Shown: positions 24,760 through 39,899 of the stretch, one piece after another | How positions within the stretch are numbered: the stretch's first letter is position 1 | Layout of the letters: every line of letters begins with the position of its first letter | Origin: Eledone cirrhosa | Taxonomy: Eukaryota | Assembly: GCA_964016885.1 (NCBI GenBank) | Contig: OZ024741.1 | Span: 57,536,001 to 57,600,000 of the forward strand | Direction of reading: 5' to 3' | DNA: 64,000 bases | Notes under the pieces: generated by a model | Told to the model about the DNA's origin: nothing | Database searches by the model: none | The model's input: only the letters and a program-made list of their open reading frames with translations | Position numbers and translations under genes: made by a program

Positions 24760-27620
24760 CAGAAGAGCCATTAAAATTGGCACTCTGAATGAGAGGACTG
24801 TTCGAACGCTGGAGACGAGAGAGGAGTTGGGTCATCTGTTCGAGGAGAGTAGTATACAGATCCTTGCGATCCAAGAACACAGGATCCTACATGATGGGCC
24901 CGTGAAGAGAATCATGATTGGAAAGAGGAGCCCTCTCATCACCACATCAGCAGTGAGAAGCACAACTAATGCTGCAATAGGAGTGGGTTTTATGTTGAGT
25001 ACAAGAGCCAGTCTATTAGTGAGAAAGATCATACCTGTCTCTCCGTGAGTGTTGAGGGTGACCTTCAGTGGAAACCAAAGGCTGACAGTCATCTCAGCCT
25101 ATAGTCCAATTGAGGGCGACTGATGTGAGTGCAGAGGAGTTCCATGAGGAAGTGTGTAGAGCTGTCAACATCAGACAAGCTCATAACATCCTGCTTGTTC
25201 TGGGTGACTTCAATGCACATCTGAGTAAGGAGAGCAGTGAAGATCCTTGTTGGTACTTCCATAACAACACCAACTGAAATGGGGGACTATTGAGAGATAC
25301 CCTGCTGGAGGTGAACTTGATAGCAACTCACCTAGGTTTAGAATCAGGGCAAGATGTGGACCTACATCTCTGATATGCACCTCTCCAAGTCCCAGATTGA
25401 TTTTATTCTGGTGAGGAAGAAGTGGCAGAGTAGTGTTTTGAACACAGAACCATACAATTATTTCAGTACACTGGGCAGTGACCACTGGCTTGTTATGAGT
25501 AAGGTCTGGGTGAGCTTAAGAAAGAGTAAGGCTCAGTCCCAGAGATCAACCTGTGATGGGAGCTTTCAAGGAAGTTGATAAGCTACAGGAGAGGTAAACA
25601 ATAGAAGTGAAGAACAGGTTCAGTACTCTATGTGGGGAGGCAGAAGAGAGAGAGAGACTGGAGGGACTGAGGAGAGTGTGACGAGGAGGTACAGGTACTT
25701 CACCACTGTAGTTGCAGAAGCAAGTGAGACCCTGGTGCAGAGGAGAGAGAAGAAGAGGAAGAACGTCAGCCCTGCAGACCCAAAAGTGTGTGCAGCCAGA
25801 GAACACATGAAAGCTGCCAAGGACCAATTCCATGCTGATCCTGCGGAGGAAAGGAAGGAGAATATGGAGGTGATAAAGGAAGAACTCTGTACCACTTACA
25901 TTGAGGCCAGAGAGGAGGGCTGATAGAGAAGATCAGAAGTGTGGAGAGAGCGGTTAACTGGTGTAAGTGTAAAGAGAGCTGGACGATCATCAACGAGGTC
26001 ACATGGAGGAAGAGAGGGAGTTTGAGTCAGATCCAGGGAAGAAGGCCTGAGGATAGGAAGAGGAAATGGCGGGACCATTTTAAAACACTACTAGGAGAGC
26101 CACCTTCTACAGCACAGAAGACTGGGGAGATCAGACAGCTGTTTGAGGAACTGGATATTGAGACAGGACCCTTCACCAGAGAGGAGCTTCAGAGAGCCAA
26201 GAAGATGATCAGGGAGGACAAGGCCTGTGGAGAAGATGGAGTGGCATCAGAAATGATGAAGAAGTGTGATTTTGATGATATCATCCTGGAGTTCTGTAAT
26301 CAGGCACTGGAGAAAGGAGTTGCCCCAGATCAGTAGAGGATCAATAACATCGTCCCAGTGCCAAAGAAGGAAGATCTGGATTTCACCGACATCATTTGTG
26401 GCAAAGACCCTCAACAGGGTGATTCTTAACAGGATCCAGCGCAAGATGGAGAAGAAGCTCAGGGACAACCAGAATGGCTTCAACGAGGGAAGATCAACCA
26501 CCAGTCACACCCTGATGCCGAGGAGAACTTTAGAAGGAGGTAGAGCAAAGAGTCTTCCTGCTGTCATGGTTTTCATTGACTCCAGGAAGGCCTTTGATTC
26601 TGTGGACTGTCACTGCTTGATGAAGATCTTACAGGCTTATGGAATCCCCAAGAAAATAGTTGATCTGATATCACTGTTCTACACCAGCACCAGAGCTCAA
26701 GTCATTACACCTGATAGGACGACGGAGTTCTTTGAGATATTGGCTGGAGTGCTCCAGGGACATACATTGGCTCTCTTTCTTTTTATTATTGCAGTGGACT
26801 ATTGTATGCGCCTTGCACTGGAGAAACACCAGGACTCAGGCTTTACTGTAGCATTGGCTTAGAACAGGAGCGTTAAGGCTAAAAAGATATCAGATACTGA
26901 ATTTGCTGACAACATAGTTCTGGTGACAAACACAGTGAAGGAGGCAGAGGAGTTGATGCAGGAGATGGAGACTGTGTCAATGAGTGTGGGCTGAGAATGA
27001 ATGAGAGTAAGATGAAGTATCTGGTAGAGAACATTAAGAAGCCAGAGAAGATTATGAATGTAGGTGGGAAGCTGTTAGAGTTGGTTGAGCACTTGCTGTA
27101 TCTGGGAGCAAAGATTGGGAACACAGAAGATGATGTGATGGAGAGGAAGAGCAAAGCCTGGGCGGCGTGCCACAGTTTGAGGTCGGTTTGGAAGTCAGAC
27201 CTTTGTAAAGACCTAAAGATCCATCTCTTTGTCGCTACAGTGGTGTCTGTGCCTCTGACTCACTCAGATGGTGGATGGGGGCTACACGAGGATGCTGAGG
27301 ATGGCTCTGAACATTAATCAGTATACACTGAGGAAGAAGAACTCAGAGCTGTATGGAAGCCTTCCAAAAGTAATACAGAGGAGACTGAGGTTAGCTGGAC
27401 ATGCTCACTGATATTCAGAGTTGACACTGCACTCAGTTGTCCTGTGGGAGCCTCAACACAGACACACTAGAAGAGGGAGACCAAGATGACATATATTAAT
27501 ACCCTAAGGACAGACACTAGTCTCTGGAGACGCAGGACATTGCGGCGATGATGATGGACAGAAACCACTGGAGAGAACTCGTCCATGGATCTCAGGAATT
27601 TTACTTGCCCTAGATAGATA
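24760..27620 (+). mobile_element. Near full-length decayed APE+RT LINE (RTE-X-like)
   Basis: APE words LAIQEHR, GVGFML, VLGDFNAH, QIDFIL and SDH; RT words QNGFNEGRST, FIDSRKAFDSV, GVLQGHTLALFLF and FADNIV; many stops and frameshifts. Confidence 0.85.
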
Positions 27621-27799
27621 GGGATGCATATGACACAACAACAACAAAGTAATCAAACAGGAAATAAACAGTACCTGTGAATACAAATAAGTATTTCTAC
27701 TGGAACAACTTAGAAAAGTGACTATGTGACTTGTGAAAAAACAAGGTTATGAGTGCAAAAGGCTTTTAGTCAGTTCTATGTATGTATGAGGGGATGGGA

Positions 27800-28160
27800 A
27801 ATGGCTAGATGGCATGAAAATCTCCCTGTTTTGTGGGGGTAGGGCCCTCATCTGGAATGCCACATGTTGCAAAAGCTTCTCCAGTGGCAACCTGGTGTGT
27901 TAGACTACTGTCCCAGGCTTTGCTGCTCGTTTGGCTGAAGAGGGCAAACAGTCAAAGTATGGGCCGTTCTCTGTTAGATTTGTGGTCAAGCCTGTGGCAA
28001 TGAAGACTTATGGCGTTCTTGACCGCTGGATCACATCTCTACTTACTCCCATTGGAACAGAGTTGGCTACCTGCCAGTATATGTCCTAAGAGTTGGAGTG
28101 GCTGTTCCAGCATGTCTCCTTTGCCATCTTCTGGAGCAATGTTTTCTCCATTCTATCCAT
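27800..28160 (+). mobile_element. Degenerate CRE-type REL endonuclease fragment
   Basis: Nucleotide similarity to 29030-29380. Confidence 0.7.
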
Positions 28161-28499
28161 AGAGACAACAAAGTGAACTAATCTTTAAAGAGTGAGTAGT
28201 AAATACAGATCTCAAACAAATATTATACACAAAATATAAAGAGGTATAGTCCTTTAGCCAATGTCGACTTACTATTTTATGTCTGAGAAATAGGCAAAAA
28301 TCCAAACCCTGTTTATAAGCCGAGGCAGGCATTCAACATTTTATGTTTAGATGGTACAGTTTTGAAATTCCCATGAGTAGAGAATATATTTATAACATTT
28401 TAATATTTTGATATTTAAAAGGTTTTAAGTGTCGTTTAGAGTATAGTTTTTGTTTCATTAATGAGAATACGATTGCTATGAATCATAAACAAAATCTCT

Positions 28500-29415
28500 G
28501 GTTGATACTTCAGAATGTTCAAACCCTCTGTGTTCAGAGAACGTGAGGCCACCTGTGAGACATGGGACCGGCTGGGACTTAACCCAGTAGACGTTCCTCC
28601 TCCTTCTCCCCCTGTTGATGTCAAGTCTCCCCAACGCACTTGGAATGCCATCCAGTGCAGCCTGGCCTAAGACAGGCTCACGCGCCAGCTCGACCAGCAC
28701 CGCCTTGCTTGTTTTCGTATGGCCTCCAAACCCCACAGTGGTGCCTGGCTCCATGCCCTGTCCTCCTTCTCCACTGGCATGCAGCTAGACAACCATAGCT
28801 TGCGAATCGGCGTTTCCCTGAGGCTCGGCCTCCAGATCTGCCAGCCACACTGGTTTCACCGTGGACTCTTTCGGCCTCCACCCGCTTTCCTGTCGCCACA
28901 ATGCCGGCCGCATTCCACGCCATACTACCCTCAATGAGGTCATTAAGCATGGCTTGGATGCTGCAGGCTTCCCTTCCCAGCTCGAGCCGGTGGGGCTGGA
29001 TCGAGAGAACAGCATAAGGCCAGATGGCATGACCATCTTCCCGTTCTGCGGTGGCAAACCCCTCGTCTGGGATGCCACTTGCACCAACATTACCTGCAGC
29101 CGCAACCTGGTGCAGTCTGCGACTGACCCAGTTTCTGCTGCACGTCGGGCTGAGGGGGCCAAACTCCTCAAATACCGGTCGCTCTCCGACAGGTTTGCGG
29201 TCGTTCCCCTGGCAGTGGAGACTTCTGGTATCCTCGGCCCCAGGGCTACCTCCTTACTCACCACCATAGGCGCTGAGCTGGCCAGCCACAGGTACGAGCC
29301 CTGCGAGTTGGAGTGGCTTTTCCAGCATGTCTCCCTTGCCGTCCTCCGGGGAAACGCCTTCTCCATTCTGTCCGCCGGGGCTGTGGGTGGGCCCCATCAC
29401 GTACCAATACATTAG
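28500..29415 (+). mobile_element. CRE-type non-LTR retrotransposon 3' end (zinc knuckle and restriction-like endonuclease)
   Basis: SGAWL...[40 protein letters not shown] and PLAVETSG; GC-rich relative to the flanks. Confidence 0.88.
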
Positions 29416-29607
29416 TTAAATACCATTCTTTCATCTGATATATCTCTAAATTATATTTTATATAAGATACTTGTAGTTGTGTGAATAGCCATTTATATAT
29501 GTTGTGTTTCGTATAGTTTCATTGCATCTCCAATTTTATTTACAGAAATTTCCAATACTACACAAGTATTATTTCTAAACTCCCCTTCCCATATATATAT
29601 ATATATA

Positions 29608-29945
29608 ATCATCATCATCATCATTTTATGTCCGCTTTTCCCTGCTTGCAAGGGTAGGATGGGAAATGATTCTGGCTTGATTTCTACAGCTGGATGCCCT
29701 TCCTAACACCAACCTCATTTACAGTGAGTGCTGGGTGCTTTTTTGCCATGGCACCTCCACAACCACTTTGCAGTGGAATGATATGGACCCCAGTTCCTAT
29801 CATCTCATTTCTACAGCTGAGTAAACTGGAGCAATGTGAAATAAAGTGTCTCGCTCAAGGAAACAACACATCACCTGGTTTGAGAATTGAACTCACAACC
29901 TTTCGATTGCAAGGCTAATGCTCTAACCATTAAGCCATGTGCCTC
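29608..29945 (-). mobile_element. SINE family A copy
   Basis: Reverse complement of 8693-9036. Confidence 0.9.
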
Positions 29946-29986
<41 letters not shown>

Positions 29987-30000
29987 GATATACATACATA

Positions 30001-32510
<2,510 letters not shown>

Positions 32511-32668
32511 TATATATAAACAATCAATTATATGCTTTGTTGATGAGTATTCAACAGAGTTATGTTCATAACAGATATGATGCACTCTACAGAAAAATTT
32601 ATCTGGAGTATTATAATATTAATAATAGTAATAAATGGAAAAGTGATATTTTCCATTTATTACTATTG

Positions 32669-32736
<68 letters not shown>

Positions 32737-32862
32737 TTATATAGATAGATTTACATATACATAAACTAGACAGAGCTGTAGATATATATATGTGGTTTTG
32801 GCAACCATTCACGATTTGGCTCAATGACGAATTAATTAATTAAATAATCAACAATCATAGTA

Positions 32863-32959
32863 ATATACAAGAAAGTACGTCCATAGAATCATTTGACTGG
32901 GAGAGGAAATACTGTATATATTTTATCAAATGATTCTATGGACGTACTTTCTTATATAT
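32863..32959. repeat. Fold-back inverted repeat, about 33-bp arms
   Basis: aagaaagtacgtccatagaatcatttga pairs with tcaaatgattctatggacgtactttctt. Confidence 0.9.
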
Positions 32960-32969
32960 ATATGTATGT

Positions 32970-33095
32970 ATGTAAAAGGTAAACAGAAAAAAACAACACA
33001 ATCGGTACAGTATATGGAAGGAACATATTAGGTTAACGTTTGAAATAGCAAGAAGAGGGTCTTAACGTTCCAGACGCTAATCCTTCGTCATTACT
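32970..33095 (-). mobile_element. PLE-type pLTR relic, same family as 46745-46875
   Basis: Reverse complement matches 46750-46875, with a degenerate hammerhead core. Confidence 0.65.
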
Positions 33096-33360
33096 CGGAA
33101 TTTTGTGACTAATCCCGGTCTTTAAAAAAAAAAACTGCGATAATATTGCTATTTTGCTGAACTTCTTACACTTGTAGAGTTTTTTCCGGAATGTTTTTTG
33201 ACTGCTGTTTCCTGTAAACAGACATTCGTCTCATTCTGACGTCACCAGCCATGTCTCTCCATGTGCGTTTATTTTTCATATTTACGTACGAGGTGAACTA
33301 GCCTGTTTTTAAATTCCCTTTAGGCATATTCTACAGTGGTATTAGGGTTATCGTGTTTGA

Positions 33361-33440
33361 GCTCTGCTGATGAACGGTGCCAACCGTGACCATCCCCACT
33401 GAAAGTTTCGTGAAATAGTCTTTTTAAGACTATACAGAGC
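33361..33440 (+). ncRNA. Type I hammerhead ribozyme with all three stems (solitary)
   Basis: Stem I gctctg/cagagc; core CTGATGA 33367-33373; stem II acgg/tcgt with a large loop; GAAA 33412-33415; stem III tagtctt-ttt-aagacta; AUA cleavage after 33434. Confidence 0.75.
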
Positions 33441-33968
33441 ATTTGTAGTTTTTCCAAATTGAAGGATGAGTATTTAAGCTTTATTTTATTCTGAGTTAAG
33501 GCGCTATTGATTTTTCCCTGGATTTCACAAAATTCTGTGGATAAATCTATGTCTTGATTTTTAAAAAATTGAGTTTGAATTATTTTCCCACATCTTTCGT
33601 TAACTATTTTACCATTTTGACGTTATAGTCACTTATCCTAAACGGACGGTAGTCCGTTTAGTAATATTGTTGTGGTCGTGTTTTCGTTGGCAATCGTCTG
33701 TTTACGACAGTACAGCGCGGCTCTACTTTATTTAACTGAGATAAAACTTATATGAGCATGAACAGTAGATCATTACGCATCTTTTGGCTTAAAAATCTAG
33801 AAATTTGGTCCAGCGGGAAAAAATTTATAATCAAAGTTTGCTGATAAATCTTGTGTGTGTTCAAGTGAGTGAGTAGTAAGCGTGACTCTAGGGGAGGTAA
33901 TCCAGAAATGACGTAGCTTTGTCATTTAGCCAGTTGCCTCAACTAGATTGCTAATATATATATCTTTA

Positions 33969-35879
33969 CAGTGAGTCCTTGATATACGGTATATATGCGT
34001 TCCTGAAACCCTTACCGTATATCGAATTACCGTATAAAGAACCCATTGTAACATGAAATAGATAGGGATGTGTTCCAGCACATCGAAAAAGTCATTCCAA
34101 CAGAAAAGAAATAATGTTTTTTTTAAATTTACTGTACCTTACACATGCCGCGTAGTCCATCAGATGATGTGCCACTTCATTTGTCCCTCCCGAGGCTAAG
34201 GGACAGTTTGGGTTTCAGCCCTTACTCATCTTGGGCTGAGTTGGCAGGGGAGGATGAGGGTGATGTGGGAGGCTCAAAACGAACAAACTCGTTGACTGCA
34301 GTGGATGTTGAAGGGCCAGCTGTAGCACGGTTGGCAGGTTTGACTGGCTTGAAGAAAGAGTAGATGGAGTACTGTTTAGCGGTATTTCTTTTGGCTTCAT
34401 ACATTTCTTGGTAAATCTTGACGCTTTTCTCGACGTCTTGAGCCACTTTGCTGCACCTAGCAGGGTTGGGGTCACGCTCCTTCAGGGTTTCTAAAACCTC
34501 CATATTTTCTGACCAGTCTTCCATTGCTTGTGGGTGGCTGGGAGCGTTGTCCACTAATAGCAGAAAACGGTTGGCAATGTTGTTAGCTAATGCATATTCC
34601 TTAAGGGTTGGTGACAGATATGAGGTGAAAAAATCCTGGTGAATTGAAGTGATCAGCCATGCCTTCTTATTAGACTTCCATATCACTGGTAGGTATTGTT
34701 TAAGTAACCCCTTGAGTGCTCTTGGAGTTTCAGAATGGTAGATAATGAGTGGCTTTGAAACCCTTCGCACTTTTCTTCTCCTTGTCAATTACTGGTATTA
34801 CTGGTCATCTTTTTCCAATAAAGTCCTGTTTTATCATAATTAATAACCTGCTTTTTTCTGTACCCCTTCTCTGCAATGCATTTCTCTAACTCTGCCTTGA
34901 ATTTTTCAACACTCTCTTTGTCGGAACTGGCAGCCTCACCTGTAACTTTTATGTTGTGAAGACTCGAACTTTGTTTGAACTTATCAAACCAGCCTTTGTT
35001 TGCCTTGAATACAAAGTCCTCCACCCCCATTTCAGTCTTGAGCCTGTCAATAATGGACAATGCTTTCTCACTGATTACATTTAAAGACAGAGGCATATTT
35101 TGATGATTTTGGTCGTCGATCCAAATTTTGAGAAAGATTTCCATAATCGGCTCATGATGTTTGGTCAACAATTTACTCTGTAGACTCGTAGCATTCTCCC
35201 CAGCTTTTTTTGACAGCCTCACTATTTTTTAAAACAGTCCAGACTGTAGACTGGGCTAGGCCTAAGTTACGACTTATGGCAGATGTACCTTGCTCCTGTT
35301 CCTTCCTTTTCAAAATATCCAGCTTTATCTCCAAAGTCAGGCCCTTCCTCATGCGTTTGGCCTTTCCATCTGCATCAGCAATATTCGCAGGACGTTTTGG
35401 GGCCATGAGATATGGGGTTATAAGATATGCCGTGATAATTATGCTCCAAAAACACGCTGTCGGGTTTTCTCTTACTTTGAATAACGTCATAACTCTTAAC
35501 TGATCACTTCAGTTCGGCAAAAATTCTCTCACTGAGAGCACACGCTAGTTTGCCGAACTGAAGTGATCAGTTAAAAGTTATGACGTCATCGATCGATATC
35601 TGAACTCGCTCGTGATTGGCCCGTTTCTCGGTAAGGTCTGTTAGTACGATAGCAGTACTAACACAATTTTCCTAGAATTCGAATAGCAATCAGTTTCCAC
35701 GAATTCAAGGGGGAATTTATTGCTTACTACAGGTGGCGCTACGGTACAATATAAACAAAACACGACCAAAAACCGTATTTGTGAATTTTTTTTACCGTAA
35801 ATAGAATTGATGGTAGTAATTACACAAAACCGTATCTGCGAATTTACCGGATAAAGAACTACCGTATATCGAGGACCCA

Positions 35880-35882
<3 letters not shown>
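33969..35882 (-). mobile_element. Tigger/pogo DNA transposon, internally deleted and frameshifted
   Basis: TA-flanked TIRs cagtgagtccttgatatacggta / cagtgggtcctcgatatacggta; CENP-B HTH (RKGLTLEIKLDIL, FKANKGWFDKFK) and DDE pieces (NYDKTGLYWK, WKSNKKAW, LLVDNAPSHP). Confidence 0.95.
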
Positions 35883-35932
<50 letters not shown>

Positions 35933-36229
35933 TTCGACAGCTTACACACAGATTCCATTTATCAAATTTTCTTCATAAGACATTGGTTAGCCAAAAGTAT
36001 ACACACAAAAGAAAAAACTCACTTGAAGACAATGTGTCACGCTGTAGGACTGAACCTGAAACCAAGTGGTTACAAAGCAAACCTCTTGACCAAACACGAA
36101 AGACTGCTTACATATACATAAATATAATGGAGTAGTATAGTTAATACGAAGCATTGAGATATGTAGTAAAAGACAAATAATAAAAAAAAAGCCAGTACAA
36201 TGCGGTAGAAAAATACGAAGTGCAAAATA

Positions 36230-36350
36230 CGATGACAAATAAAACAAAACAAAGTAATGTTTTATCCAGTGTATTTTAACATATTTCAGGGCTATTATCT
36301 GTTAAAATACACTGGATAAAACGTTACATTGTTTTGTTTTATTTGTCATC
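36230..36350. repeat. Fold-back inverted repeat, about 50-bp arms
   Basis: gatgacaaataaaacaaaac...tttatccagtgtattttaac pairs with gttaaaatacactggataaa...gttttgttttatttgtcatc. Confidence 0.9.
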
Positions 36351-36364
36351 ATGTGCCCTTCGTT

Positions 36365-36993
36365 AGGGCGGTGGATTGGCAGTATCGGTAGACCATGCTT
36401 TGCAGCATAGAGTTACGGTCGTTTACGGTCTGAGTTCAAATCCCGCCGAGGTTAACTTTGCTTTTCATCCTTACGGGGTCGATAAAATAAAGCACCAGTA
36501 ACGTACTGGGATCGATTTAATTGACTTTCCCCTCCCCAAAATTACTGGCCTTGTGCCTATACTAGAAATCATTATTTGCCCTGCGGTGGATTGGCAGTAT
36601 CAGTAGAGGGTCGGACGCCATGCTTTCCAGCATAGTTACGTCCCTTTACGATCTGAGTTCAAATCCCGCCGAGGTTGACTTTGCCTTTCATCCTTACGGG
36701 GTCGATAAAATAAAGTACCAGTAATGCACTGGGTAATTGCTGGCCTTGTGCCTAAAGTAGAAATAATTATTTGCCCTTCGTATTTTTCTACCGCATTGTA
36801 ATGGCTTTTTGAAATTTGATCGGTCTTTTATTACAAATATAATTGTTTCTACAAGGCCAGCAATTACCCAGTACATTACTGGTACTTTATTTTATCGACC
36901 CCGTAAGGATGAAAGGCAAAATTAACCTCGGCGGGATTTGAACCCAGATTATAAAGGGATGTAACTCTATGCTTCAAAGCATGATGTCCGACT
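36365..36993. mobile_element. Three SINE family B copies (+, +, -)
   Basis: gcggtggattggcagtatc...gagttcaaatcccgccgaggtt.actttgc..ttcatccttacggggtcgataaaataaag repeated. Confidence 0.85.
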
Positions 36994-37779
36994 GCTTTCC
37001 AAATTGGACACAAACCATAGAGAGGCGCATTACTCAACCTTAAAGGATCACAGTTTTATACAAATTTGTAATAATTAATTAAAAAATATACTAATTTTCT
37101 TCAGTAAATAAACTCCTAAGTTTCCTTGCCGTGTATCAGCGTTGTGGAAATATCCAAATCAGTGGAGAGGTTTCGTATGGTGTTATGACTTGTGACACCA
37201 TTCTATCTGCAGGACACGGCCGAATCACTGCTAGACCGGATTATAGTGTATGTCCCTTCCTCTCCCTCTCTTTCGTTGCTTAATTCTTTTTTTCCTTTCC
37301 TTTTCCTTTTTTGTTTCATTTAAATAGTAAAGTTGACCAAAAATTCTATGAAATTATGAAAAAACCCAAACCAAAATCATTCAGGGGAACCAACTCTTAA
37401 ATATTCAACTTAAATTAATGTTCTTAGTAGTGAATATATTTTGCACTGAGTGGATCAACATGGCCAAATGGTCAAGAAGTTCGGTTCACAATCAATAAGT
37501 TCAGGGTTCGATCCCATCACGTGGCATCTTGGGTCTGTGTCATTTACCATAGTTTTTTTTGGGGGGGGGGGGCATTTTCAGATATATCCCTAATAGTTTC
37601 TGCATTTGTTAAAATCTAATTTTGAGCCTTTTCAATTTAAATTAGTCTCCATTATAAAAACTACAAATGCCTGTTTGAAATTTGAAAATGTTAATATTAA
37701 TTGATAATTATTAACTTCGTTGACTCCAAATTGACATTTAACTGTAGTTGTTAGCATGAAAACATGTTCACATTTAAAA

Positions 37780-38310
37780 TGTGTACACACAGAAATTATA
37801 AAGAATTATACACACAGACACATACACACACATAGACACATACAAACACATATACAAACACATATACAAACACACATACAAACACATATACAAACACACA
37901 TACAAACACAGAAATGATAATGAACCACACACACAGACACAGAACACACACACACACAGAACACACATACACACATACAAACACAGAGATAATAAAGAAT
38001 CAGACACACAGACACATATACATACATAGACACACAGACACACACAGACACAAACAACTTATAAACAATTACACATACAGAGAAAATATAAGCAAACACA
38101 CAAACACAGTAAATAGAAAAGATTACACACAGTCTCTTCTTCACACACAGACACTATAACATATTACACACATACACACACGTACACAATGAACGATTAC
38201 ACACTCACACACACTACAAACGATTACACTCACACACACATTATAAACACAGACACTATAAACGATTTCACACACACACACTATAACCGATTTCACACAC
38301 ACACACACAA
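37780..38310. repeat. CA-rich low-complexity and degenerate microsatellite
   Basis: Read directly from the sequence. Confidence 0.9.
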
Positions 38311-39534
38311 GTTCCCCACCCAGCGAAACTAGAAACAATGCTTTACTTATTAATAAAACATAAAACATACAATCGTTACTGGTGGTACAACTTGGAATAA
38401 AAAAAAAACGTACGAATAACTTTTTTCTTTATTTATAGTAGAAAATATATACAGGGGCCGTGGAAGCATTTCTGAATTTGTAGGGGCAACAAATTTGGTC
38501 AATTTAGTTGTAGTGATTAGTTTAGCTCTTTGCACTCTAAAATGGTCATAAAATGCAATTTGAGTCCAAGCAGGTCATATTACATTTACAGCTTTAACAG
38601 CGGCGAAGATTCAAAACCGAATCTGAGCTGTCTCGCCTCTGGAACAAGCCGTCGTTAGTTGTTTACGCCCGGCAGACCAACCCCTTGGGAGATGCTAAAC
38701 ACAGGTCAGATGTTGTTTACGCCTGGCAGAAAAGAGGTCAGATATATCCATCCTTCTAAGTTGTTTACGCCTCGGCAGAAAAAGTGAGACTACAGACAAG
38801 ACAAGTCGCATTTACACGCTCTCGTCACGAAAAACCAGTCTGCCCACTAATTTCTCACACGCCATTCCCGCCGGGCTGAGTGATTACTACTACTGCTAAA
38901 GCAAGAAAGTATACTAATACGCACACACGCACACATAGTAAGTTCACACTGTTTTCATTTCACACGCACCATTTCTGTTTGTCACATTGTATCTTTCAGA
39001 TACAATACAAATTATATTATAATCGTATTCTGTGACACTTGTATTTACGTGGCTCGAAGAGCCACTAAATTATTGTACGAATATTTCATGTTATAGATTT
39101 TATCATTCAATATTCAAATTGAATATTGTTATAATAAAATAAACATTGTAACAACACAATCCTGGTATTATTCTTTGCATTGAAACCATCATACCAACAA
39201 TTCCATCTATCCACTTATTCGTTACAACTGGATTATCCGTTACACAGCTTTCAATAATTATAAAGAGATTATAGCAAACTGACCTATGAAATCTGTCTCT
39301 GAATAACATACTAGCAATTGGCAAATAGTGATATGTGGAGAAAAAGTTATGGCATGACAATAAAATTTACTATGAAGGGTAATATAATATATTACAGTGT
39401 TATTATCAAATATCAACCAAGATATAAACAACTTTGGTATGCAATAAAAACATAAAATGTACATAAATTGTAGCGCATATACAAATAGATGTGTGTTTTG
39501 GTAGTTTGGAGAAAAATATAATTATTATTATTAT

Positions 39535-39745
39535 CATCATCATCGTTTAACATCTATCTTCCATGCTAGCATGGGTTTAGACGGGAATTGTCTCACTTGA
39601 GGCAAGATTGGTTGTCTCGCTTGTATAGGACTGTCTGGCAGGTTTTCTATGGCTGGATGCCCTTCCTAACACCAACCACGTTTACAGTGTGGACTGGGCA
39701 GTTTTTACCGTGTTACCTACACGGCCACATTACAGCGCGGACTGT
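39535..39745 (-). mobile_element. SINE 3' part with RTE-like (ATG)n tail; related copy at 47650-47890 (+)
   Basis: Shared ggttggtgttaggaagggcatcca...cttgcctcaagtg...catgc..gc.tggaa and (atg)n tail. Confidence 0.65.
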
Positions 39746-39899
39746 GTGTTTTTTTTGTCACCTACACAACTTCATTTATTTTGGACTGGATGTTGTGGTA
39801 CCGACATAACTTTACAGAGAGAGGGTGGTGTTGGTGGGAGTAGGGGTAGTGGAATGGGGGTGTATATTTGGTTAAGAGGTGCCTACTGACTGTAGGTTT

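Noticed and set aside
29694-29918. Recurrent small ORF MPFLTPTSFTVSAGCFF...
   Set aside because: Antisense reading of SINE family A, not a gene family
38658-38779. Mini-CRISPR (repeat-spacer look)
   Set aside because: Only three imperfect ~19-bp repeats, no cas genes, animal genome
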